Source: an uncultured Gemmatimonadaceae bacterium (lineage in GTDB: Bacteria; Gemmatimonadota; Gemmatimonadetes; Gemmatimonadales; Gemmatimonadaceae). Taken from it: a stretch of 64,000 nt of DNA. Of the stretch, positions 1 to 7,878 are shown piece by piece (within the stretch, counting starts at the first letter, position 1; each line of letters opens with the position of its first letter). The notes beneath the pieces are model-generated. The model was given only the letters and a program-made list of their open reading frames with translations, did not search any database and had not been told where the DNA came from. The stretch lies in assembly GCA_963761305.1 (NCBI GenBank), contig CAVXGK010000001.1, positions 192,001 to 256,000 of the forward strand. The letters are read 5' to 3'. The translations under genes and the position numbers were made by a program.

Positions 1-423
1 TGCCGGTGAACCGGTGGACAGCCCCCCTACTTATGTAGTGGCCGCCGGCCCGATTTTGCTACCGCGACACGTGGTGCGAGCGTCATGCGAGCGTCATGAG
101 AGCGTGGGTGCGCGCCGAGAATCCGTCGCCCTGAGAGGACATTTGGTAGCAAATCGCGGTCGGCGCCCACTTAATAAGTAGAGGGCACGAGAACCACGGT
201 GCGACGCCGGGGCCCGTAGCCGCGTCGCTCCCGCGTCGGTTCAGTCGCGAACGACGGAGATGAATTTGCCGGCTCCGCTCACGCCGTGAGTCAGCCGTGA
301 ATCGAGCCGGCATCGCCCAGGATGAAATCGCGTGCACTCGGCGGCGAGTCTTGCGCGCCGCGGACGAAAACGCCCGCGGACCGGTAGGCGCCGGCTGCTC
401 CCGGGTTTTCGACGCCCGTTCCC

Positions 424-906
424 CGAAATCACTTTCGGTTCATCCGGACTTCACTTTGCTCGAACGGCGACTCACGCCACTCGGCCCACGCCTCACTTTG
501 CTCCGTTCGAGATTCACTCTGCTCTCTCGGAAATTCACTTCGTGCGGTACGAGATTCACATGCCTCCGTCCCGAGTGCACCCGGCACGATCCCGCATTCA
601 GTCTGCTCCGGACCGCGCTCCGTCCGCTCTAGACCGCGTGCCGCTTGCTCCGGACCGAGCTCCGTTTGCTCCGGGCCGAACTTCGTTTGCTCCAGACCGA
701 ACTCCGTTTGCTCCGGACCGAACTCCGTTCGCTCTAGACCGCGTGAAGTTTGATCCGGACCGAACTCCGTTTACTCCGGACCGAACTCCGTTCGCTCTAG
801 ACCGCGTGAAGTTTGCTCCGGACCGTGCTCCGTTCGCTCGATCCCGCGTTTGCACTGCGACGGACTGCGTCGCGATCGCCCGCGCCCGCATCGAGACGAC
901 TGAAGA
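424..906. repeat. Degenerate 21-bp-period tandem array (~23 units; best core TTTGCTCCGGACCGAACTCCG)
   Basis: Visible 21-nt periodicity, strongest at ~605-840; near-perfect 63-bp tandem duplication 695-757/758-820; reads as heptapeptide repeats (FAPDRTP on +, RSGANGV on -). Confidence 0.85.
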
Positions 907-1151
907 CTCGATGCAACCAAGTTGAGACCGGATGTAGTTGACTCTGACCGCCACTTACGCGGTCAAAGCCCGCATCAAGTTGTGAACAGAACGCCTGAAA
1001 TTCACCCCAGCCGTGCTGACGTCGACGTCATCCACGCCCAACGGGACGTAAGACCGTCTTCCGTTCGCTCCACCGCTCGGCGCGTCGCGTCGCACCAAAC
1101 TCGCGCCCGCCACGTACCGTGTCCCGGACGCTCACCCGCGTGTCCCCAGCA

Positions 1152-1186
1152 GAAAAATCCCGGCCGAGGGAAGTCCGGCCGGGATT
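1152..1186 (-). terminator. Rho-independent terminator of the 1209-1745 gene
   Basis: AATCCCGGCCG...CGGCCGGGATT stem followed by a T-run on the minus strand, ~20 nt past the stop. Confidence 0.75.
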
Positions 1187-1208
1187 CAGTCAACGCAGCG
1201 CCGTGTCG

Positions 1209-1745
1209 TCAGCGCTTGATCGAGAGCCTGTTGCTGGACGGATTGAAGCGACACGTGATCGGAACGCCGTCGCGTCCGCGATGGCGCACGGTCATCGTCA
1301 CGTCCCACAGCGTGCCGCGTCGCGTCGCCGGCCCAACGGTGAGCACGTGATACCCGGGTGCCGAATTCACGAAATCCTCACAGCGGCGCTGAGCCCGCTG
1401 GTCCTGCGACTCCACTCGGCCGGCCGCACTGCCCGATCGCTCGAACCCTGGGAGATCGACGAGCCCTCGCGTCCCATCGAAGTGGCACGTGACGTCGACT
1501 TGATCGCTGCCGCGGCGCACGTGCCACGGAAAGGAATAGACAGTTCCGGTGAGCGACTCGCGGTCGCGACGGAGGATCACGTACCCGGCGCGCGCGGCCG
1601 CCGCGTTGCACGCGTCGCGTGCTCGGCCCCACGTCCCGGGTTGTTGCGCCGGCGCGCGGGCGCTCAGCAGCGCGACCGCGGTGAGCGCGGCGAACGAGAC
1701 GATGCCCAAGCGACTCCGCGGCATCGGTCGTGTTTGGTCATGCAT
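1209..1745 (-). CDS. Secreted hypothetical protein with two tandem Cys-pair domains
   Basis: GAGGTGGAG RBS, signal peptide ending APA-QQ, two similar ~60-aa units, downstream terminator. Confidence 0.7.
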   Translation of the reverse strand: MHDQTRPMPRSRLGIVSFAALTAVALLSARAPAQQPGTWGRARDACNAAAARAGYVILRRDRESLTGTVYSFPWHVRRGSDQVDVTCHFDGTRGLVDLPGFERSGSAAGRVESQDQRAQRRCEDFVNSAPGYHVLTVGPATRRGTLWDVTMTVRHRGRDGVPITCRFNPSSNRLSIKR

Positions 1746-1923
1746 GACAACTCCACCTCATCAAAAAGAAATCGTCGAGCGTCCGAGGCGGGGAGAGGGG
1801 GATCGCGTATGTGTTCGTTGGCCTTAAGGGCACGATCCGCGCCGCGCGTCGTGTGATGTACGTCGCAGTCGTGTAGGCGGCGATAGCGAACGGGACATCA
1901 TCAGAAAACGGCTCACGACAGGC

Positions 1924-2316
1924 TGTTCGCGCCACGCGCAACACGCGGTGATAGCCGCGCGCCGAAAGGTTGAGCGTTTCCATGGCCGACGTGACGAGCT
2001 CGCGCGCCGCCGGCGCGATCGCGCCATGCGAAAGCAGCCAGCGCCCCGAGGCGTGCGCGTTGCACCGCACGCCGGGCAAGCGTGCAAACCGGCGGCGCTG
2101 AATCGCTCGGCTCTGCTCGACTCGGGCTCGAATCGTCGTCGACGGCTCGCCGTCACTGGCGCGCTGCATCGCCGAGGGCGCGACCGCGCTCAGCGTGACA
2201 TGCATGTCGATACGGTCGGCAAGCGGACCCGACAGACGGCCGCGATAGCGAACGATCTCGCCTTCGGAACACGTGCACACGCGCGTCGGCTCGCCGGCAT
2301 TGCCGCACGGACAGGG
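1924..2316 (-). pseudogene. comM: Displaced 3' fragment of comM/yifB (Mg-chelatase-like AAA+ ATPase)
   Basis: Translates PCPCG...LSGPLADRIDMHV...LSARGYHRVLRVART, colinear with the C-terminal third of 7879-9417; lacks the 5' two-thirds and the last ~35 codons. Confidence 0.9.
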
Positions 2317-2767
2317 TTTCGTTGCCCATCTACGATGGCGGTTAACCGCGCCGAAGCCCATTTCAGGCTACCCGCGCGAGCTCCGGCATGTTGGCGACCA
2401 CCTGCTTAGACGGCGGCTCGACTTGGGTCTTGATCAGAAACAGGCCGCCAAGCGTCTTGGAACGGGAGCCTGGAACCTCCGAAACTGGGAGACCGGCCGG
2501 CATGGTATTCAGCCGTGGTTCTATCCCGCCATCATTGGCTTCCTCGGCTACAATCCGCTTCCGGAGTCCACGACCCGGGGGAACGCCATCCGTCGAGAGC
2601 GCCTGAGTCGCGGCTGGTCGCGAAGCCGCTTAGCGATCGAGGCGGCCGTTGATGAAGGCACGGTACGCCGGCTCGAGGAGGACGCCCTGCGCGTGGCGCG
2701 GCAACCCCTCGGTCGCGTCATCCGGGCACTCCATCTGACGCCCGAGCGTGTGCCCCGGCCCGGTTAG
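2300..2767 (+). CDS. XRE-family protein with two HTH domains (start uncertain, spans the island junction)
   Basis: GDHLLRRRLDLGLDQKQAAKRLG...NWETG and GNAIRRERLSRGWSRSRLA...VRRLEE HTH_3-like motifs. Confidence 0.7.
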   Translation: MPHGQGFVAHLRWRLTAPKPISGYPRELRHVGDHLLRRRLDLGLDQKQAAKRLGTGAWNLRNWETGRHGIQPWFYPAIIGFLGYNPLPESTTRGNAIRRERLSRGWSRSRLAIEAAVDEGTVRRLEEDALRVARQPLGRVIRALHLTPERVPRPG

Positions 2768-2873
2768 TCATCTATCGCTCGAATCACGTCACGGGCGTTT
2801 CATTCGCCTGAACTGGGAAAACTCGATTCCGGCCACGGTAACGAGGCATGCGCTCACGTGTTTCCCCTCAGCG

Positions 2874-4967
2874 TCAAAACGCGGCGTGCAAGCGTATGGC
2901 GTAGATCGAGACCGGTCCTCGGTCCGCGTTGTAGCCGGGGTTCACGACGAACTGATAGTCGAAGCTGAGCGCCAGCCACTTCTTGGCTCCGTACGAGTAG
3001 TAGGCTTCGCTCACCCGTTCTTCGCGGTAATTGAGCCGCCCGTCGCCGATTAAGATTCCCAACCCACCGCCAGCAAAATAGGCGCGGGCCACGGAGGACA
3101 AACCTCCAACCACCCCGCTCACACCGATATTGTCGTTTGGCCGTCGCCACGCAACGCCTTTCAGAGCGCTGCCGAGCGAGAGGCTCTCGCTACAGTCGGT
3201 CCCGCCCAAGATTTCGTCCCGCCCGGGACTCCAACTCGCACGAGAAAACACGCCGAGATCCCGAGTGATTGCCTGCTCGGCGTTGACCACGATGCCGGGA
3301 TTGGTTCGCACCTCGCGCGTCAAGGTGATGTCGGGATAATTGGGCGAAGTGACCGGGAGCGCCACGGCGTCGGCATAGCCGCCCATCGTGCCGTGGTTCA
3401 CCCACCCGAACACGCGGAGTTTGCCCGGCTGCGAGACGAGCGAATACCGCCACTCCCATTCCGCTGCATACTCACCGCGCTCGGGGATGTGAAGGTCAAA
3501 CACGTTGTTGCTGGACACGATGGGCAGGAGGAAATAGCCGACACGGAAAGCCCAGCTCTGCTTGTTAAGCTCCGCCAGAGCGCCATACGTCCAGCTGATT
3601 TGGTCCATGGTCCAGTCGTAGGCGCCTGCGCCGTAGATATTCCAGTTGAGGAAGTTGGTTCGTGGATCATTCGCATAGGTGTTGACATCGAAGTAGTCCG
3701 TGACGGCGAGCCTTCCGGCGGCGACGGTGATCCGTGAGATGTCTTGTGCCCCAGCGAGTTGATTGGGGCCGTCCTCGACTGTTTCTTTGTCACCGCCGAG
3801 ACCAAATGTTTGGCGCAGAATGAGGCGATCGACGACGAACCGCGGCGCCGGAAACTCTGCCTTTTGAGCCTCTCCGTTAGGGAAGGCGGATACCCCATGG
3901 GTCGCATTGAGACCGTATCCCTGGTCGATCTCCGGGTTGAAATACGCCTGACCACCGGTCCACAATTGCACGCCCAGAAATGCGGTCGCGCTCACCGTGT
4001 TTTTCACCTGACTGGCGCCAGACAGGCTGTTCGTTCCCTCGTACGGTGACCGGAAGGCGAAATACCCCTGTTCGATGAACGTTTCTTGGCCGTGGATATT
4101 CCATCGGGCGCTGTCGATGGCTAGGGCATGGCTAGTGTCGCGGACGGGCGCGTACACGCCTGGCCAACTGAGGGATCGACGGAGTCCGAGCCGGAGGCTG
4201 TGCGCGGTCAGTCTTGACTCAAGGCCGGTCCCGGACGGGAAGACGACGCCTCGTTGTCCAAGTCGGTTGAAGAGATACTCGACACGCGCAGCCCAGCTCG
4301 GTGCGATCGCCAGCTCTGCACCTGCCCCGACATCCCAACCCGTGCGCCAGCGCAGCAGTGTGTCGGGATGGCTGCTCGAGACGGGGGTTTCAATAAAGCG
4401 CATTTGCGACGGAGCGAACCCGCCGGTTCCGTAGAACAGCCAGCGATCCGAGACATAGCCGAAGCGGCCGCGCAGCGTTGAGACAAAGTCGAGCTTTTCG
4501 GTGACGGTGCTGCCGTGGGCCGCTGTCCCGGATGCGACCGTTCCATCCTCGAAGAAGTGAGGGAACGAGACGTCGGCCTCGGTGCCGAGAAGAAGCCGCG
4601 AAGACAGCACGCGATTGTATCCGAGGAATGCACCGGCGTCGAGGCTGCCGAACCCATGGCTCGACCACATCGGTCTGGAATCGGAGAGCGTCACGGTGGC
4701 GCTGCCAGGACGGTAGCCGACATGGCCGCCGGCGTACCATCCGCTCCACTCACGGCTGGCGTCGGCGGTCGCATGAACGGGCAGCTGGGCGTCGACGTCG
4801 CCAGCCCGCGTGGCAGCAAGCGCCACGATCGCCGCGGGGACGAGAAGGCCGATCGTCGGATGTCGACGCTTCGTGGTTCGAGACGCCAATGGCGTGGCCC
4901 AAGCAGCGGCGGGCGTGCGGGCGAGCCCCCTGATGCGACCACTTGCGCGAGGAAAATTTCCTTCCAT
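2874..4967 (-). CDS. MnoP-like high-affinity Mn2+ porin (N-terminal small OMP beta-barrel + OprB carbohydrate-porin domain)
   Basis: WSGWYAGGHVGY...RGRFGY...WAARVEY Omp25-like barrel; NPEIDQGYGL...FPNGEAQK, YANDPRTNFLNW, NPGYNADRGPV motifs; C-terminal Phe; divergent from mntH. Confidence 0.8.
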   Translation of the reverse strand: MEGNFPRASGRIRGLARTPAAAWATPLASRTTKRRHPTIGLLVPAAIVALAATRAGDVDAQLPVHATADASREWSGWYAGGHVGYRPGSATVTLSDSRPMWSSHGFGSLDAGAFLGYNRVLSSRLLLGTEADVSFPHFFEDGTVASGTAAHGSTVTEKLDFVSTLRGRFGYVSDRWLFYGTGGFAPSQMRFIETPVSSSHPDTLLRWRTGWDVGAGAELAIAPSWAARVEYLFNRLGQRGVVFPSGTGLESRLTAHSLRLGLRRSLSWPGVYAPVRDTSHALAIDSARWNIHGQETFIEQGYFAFRSPYEGTNSLSGASQVKNTVSATAFLGVQLWTGGQAYFNPEIDQGYGLNATHGVSAFPNGEAQKAEFPAPRFVVDRLILRQTFGLGGDKETVEDGPNQLAGAQDISRITVAAGRLAVTDYFDVNTYANDPRTNFLNWNIYGAGAYDWTMDQISWTYGALAELNKQSWAFRVGYFLLPIVSSNNVFDLHIPERGEYAAEWEWRYSLVSQPGKLRVFGWVNHGTMGGYADAVALPVTSPNYPDITLTREVRTNPGIVVNAEQAITRDLGVFSRASWSPGRDEILGGTDCSESLSLGSALKGVAWRRPNDNIGVSGVVGGLSSVARAYFAGGGLGILIGDGRLNYREERVSEAYYSYGAKKWLALSFDYQFVVNPGYNADRGPVSIYAIRLHAAF

Positions 4968-4979
4968 CTCACAACGTAG

Positions 4980-4993
4980 TTAGGTATGCCTAA
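4980..4993. promoter_or_regulatory. DtxR/MntR-type operator TTAGGTATGCCTAA
   Basis: TTAGG-N4-CCTAA palindrome 13 nt upstream of the porin start; cognate DtxR-family regulator in the same island. Confidence 0.75.
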
Positions 4994-5089
4994 TAAATTG
5001 ACTAGACGAAGCTAGTAACGATCGACCCCGGCGGGCAAGGAGCTCGACGCGGAGCTGCTGATGGACGGCTGGAGGCCAACGGTGGTCCG

Positions 5090-5117
5090 TTGCTTATTTT
5101 TTTTATCCACCTAACTT
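5090..5117 (+). promoter_or_regulatory. Putative sigma70 promoter of mntH (TTGCTT-16-TAACTT) overlapped by degenerate MntR box TTTTATCCACCTAA
   Basis: AT-rich patch ~50 nt upstream of the mntH ATG; CCTAA half-site at 5110-5114. Confidence 0.55.
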
Positions 5118-5165
5118 TGTGGTTACCGTGGCCGCAATTTTATTGCGATCATTTCCGATCGCGAG

Positions 5166-6551
5166 ATGACCAACCCTATCCGCTCGCTCAAAGGCGAGGG
5201 GCCGACTGACGCACCACCGCAACCGGTCGGCAGTCACGACATCGGTTGGCGACGAGCGCGCGCCGCCCCCAGCCTGTCGGAGGTCTACCGGTCAGTTCCG
5301 GTCACGGGCCTGAGATGGTGGCGTCGCGCGCTCGCCTTCGCGGGGCCCGGCTATCTCATTGCTGTCGGTTATATGGACCCGGGTAACTGGGCCACCAGCC
5401 TCGCCGGCGGGTCGGCGTACGGCTACACGCTCTTGAGCGTCATCATGATCTCCAACCTGCTTGCGATCCTGCTCCAGGCGCTGGCGGTCAAGCTGGGGAT
5501 CGCTACGGGGCGTGACCTCGCGCAAGCGGTTCGGGATCACTATTCGCCCAGAGCCGTCATTTTCCATTGGATCATCTGCGAGATCGCGATCGCGGCCTGC
5601 GATCTCGCCGAGGTGATCGGCTCGGCCATCGCGCTCAACTTGCTTTTTCACATCCCGCTGGCATTCGGCGTCCTGCTGACGGGATTGGACGTCCTCATCG
5701 TACTGGCGCTCCAGAGCCGAGGGTTTCGGCTCCTCGAGGCGCTCGTGATCACGCTCATCGCGACCATCTCGGCGTGCTTTCTCTTCGAGCTCATCCTGGC
5801 CCGTCCGGACATCGGGCCGATGCTGCGGGCCTTCGTCCCCGCCACGGAAATCGTCAAGAACCGCCAGATGCTCTATATCGCGATGGGCATCCTCGGCGCG
5901 ACCGTGATGCCTCACAACCTGTATCTGCATTCCTCGATCGTGCAGACGCGCCGGTATGAGGAAACGAGCAGTGGCAAGCGAGAGGCGATTCGCTGGGCGA
6001 TCTTCGACTCCTCGCTCGCGCTGATGCTGGCGCTCTTCATCAATGGCGCGATCCTCGTCATGGCTGCCGCAGTGTTCTACCGCAGTGGGCACCACGACGT
6101 CGCAGAAATCCAGGATGCCTACAAACTCCTCACGCCATTGTTGGGCAGCACGGGGGCGAGCCTCGCCTTTGTGGTCGCGCTCCTCGCGTCCGGGCAGAAC
6201 TCGACCCTGACCGGGACGCTCGCCGGACAGATCACCATGGAGGGATTTCTCAATATCCGACTCCGCCCGTGGCTTCGCCGATTGATCACGCGCGGGCTGG
6301 CCATCACCCCGGCGATCATCGTCACCTTCGTGTACGGAGAGCACGGAACGGCCAAGCTCCTCATCCTGAGTCAGGTCATTCTCAGTATGCAGCTGTCATT
6401 CGCCGTGTTCCCGCTGGTCAAGTTCACCTCGGAGAGGGCGAAGATGGGCGAGTTCGTGAACTCGCGCTGGCTCACGTGGCTGTCGTGGACGGTTGCCTAT
6501 CTCATCGCGGCTTTGAATGTTTGGCTCCTGACGCAACTCTTGCTTACCTGA
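5166..6551 (+). CDS. mntH: NRAMP-family Mn2+ transporter
   Basis: GYMDPGNW and [10 protein letters not shown] signatures, many TM helices. Confidence 0.97.
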   Translation: MTNPIRSLKGEGPTDAPPQPVGSHDIGWRRARAAPSLSEVYRSVPVTGLRWWRRALAFAGPGYLIAVGYMDPGNWATSLAGGSAYGYTLLSVIMISNLLAILLQALAVKLGIATGRDLAQAVRDHYSPRAVIFHWIICEIAIAACDLAEVIGSAIALNLLFHIPLAFGVLLTGLDVLIVLALQSRGFRLLEALVITLIATISACFLFELILARPDIGPMLRAFVPATEIVKNRQMLYIAMGILGATVMPHNLYLHSSIVQTRRYEETSSGKREAIRWAIFDSSLALMLALFINGAILVMAAAVFYRSGHHDVAEIQDAYKLLTPLLGSTGASLAFVVALLASGQNSTLTGTLAGQITMEGFLNIRLRPWLRRLITRGLAITPAIIVTFVYGEHGTAKLLILSQVILSMQLSFAVFPLVKFTSERAKMGEFVNSRWLTWLSWTVAYLIAALNVWLLTQLLLT

Positions 6552-6566
6552 TTGGCCCGCTCCCGC

Positions 6567-7073
6567 ATGTACTCGCGTATTCTCGTCCCTCTCGAACATT
6601 CGCCGGCCGACGCAAGCATCCTCGCGCATGTGCGGAAGCTCGCGCGACACTGCAAAGCGTCGGTCGTCCTCATCCATGTTGCCGACGGCTGGGCGGCGCG
6701 GAACGCGCTCGCCCTCAATCTCCGCGAGTCCGAAGAAATCCGCGACGATCGCGCGTACCTCGAGGAGCGACGCGCCGAGCTCGAGGCGGCCGGGATCGAC
6801 ACGGACGCTGTGCTGGCGCGAGGTGATCCGGCGTCGGAAATCGATCTCGCGGCGCGGCGCGAGGGCGCCGATCTCATCGCCATGGCAACTCATGGACATG
6901 GGTTCTTGAATGACATCGTGCGCGGCACCGTGGCCAACGCGGTTCGGCATCGGTCGCTCGTTCCTGTGCTCCTCGTTCGCTCGATTGGCGTATCGGAACC
7001 AGTACGCGCGCTTGATGCACCGGATCGTACCGCCAAGCTGCCGTCTCCCATCTCATCCGAGGACCATTCGTGA
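6567..7073 (+). CDS. Universal stress protein
   Basis: MYSRILVPL...ADLIAMATHGH...GTVANAVRH...VPVLLVR USP motifs. Confidence 0.9.
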   Translation: MYSRILVPLEHSPADASILAHVRKLARHCKASVVLIHVADGWAARNALALNLRESEEIRDDRAYLEERRAELEAAGIDTDAVLARGDPASEIDLAARREGADLIAMATHGHGFLNDIVRGTVANAVRHRSLVPVLLVRSIGVSEPVRALDAPDRTAKLPSPISSEDHS

Positions 7074-7825
7074 CTCCCGCCCGTTCACGACAAAAACCGG
7101 ACGCGAGAGTGGCGCGGCGCGCGGCAACGCGGCGCGGGCCTTCCCCTGCCGACGTGGGTGATCTCACCGGACCAGTCGAGGACTATCTCAAGGCGATTTA
7201 CCAACGCGAACGCAGCGGCGAGCCAGCGGCCACGAATGATCTCGCGATAGATCTGGGTGTCGCGCCGGCCTCGGTTACGGGAATGGTACGTCGGCTAGCG
7301 GAACAGGGGCTGCTCATATACGAACGCTATCGCGGCGTTCGCCTTACCACGCACGGACGGCTTGGAGCGCTACGCACAATCAGGCGCCATCGCGTGATCG
7401 AGGCATACCTTGTCAAGGCGCTCGGATACCGATGGGATGAGGTACACGATGAGGCCGAGCGCCTGGAACATGCGGCATCCAACGATCTGATCGATCGTAT
7501 GGCCGAGGCGATCGGTGAGCCGACAGTCGACCCGCACGGCGCCCCCATCCCGAGCCGCGAAGGTTCGGTCGCAGAGGCGCAGTACCGAACGCTCAGGGAG
7601 CTCGAGCCAGGAATGAGTGCGGACGTGATGCAAGTGGAAGATGAGGATCCCGAGCTGCTACGGTATCTCGCCGAGCTTACGATCGTGCCCGGCAGCACGG
7701 TGCGAATAGTCGAGCGGGCGCCGTTCGGCGGGCCGATTACCGTTCAGATCGATAAACGATCGCGGCAAATCGGTCCGGCCCTCGCCGAACGCATATTGGT
7801 GCGGCCACGCCGTCCCCGCTCCTGA
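7070..7825 (+). CDS. mntR: DtxR/MntR-family metal-dependent repressor with C-terminal FeoA domain
   Basis: EDYLKAIY, SVTGMVRRL, RRHRVIE, HDEAERLEH, DPHGAPIP motifs. Confidence 0.93.
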   Translation: MTPARSRQKPDARVARRAATRRGPSPADVGDLTGPVEDYLKAIYQRERSGEPAATNDLAIDLGVAPASVTGMVRRLAEQGLLIYERYRGVRLTTHGRLGALRTIRRHRVIEAYLVKALGYRWDEVHDEAERLEHAASNDLIDRMAEAIGEPTVDPHGAPIPSREGSVAEAQYRTLRELEPGMSADVMQVEDEDPELLRYLAELTIVPGSTVRIVERAPFGGPITVQIDKRSRQIGPALAERILVRPRRPRS

Positions 7826-7878
7826 TCTCTCGGCTTCCGAGCACTCGGACCGAAGCGGATTCGCTGGTTCGGTGAGAA

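Noticed and set aside
424..906. CRISPR array
   Set aside because: Units are contiguous and degenerate, with no unique spacers and no cas genes in the window.
1738..2361. Intact 207-aa gene
   Set aside because: Only 1924-2316 is comM-like; both flanks are read-through across junctions.
2317..7878. Integrase or transposase in the island
   Set aside because: No serine/tyrosine recombinase or DDE motifs in any listed ORF.
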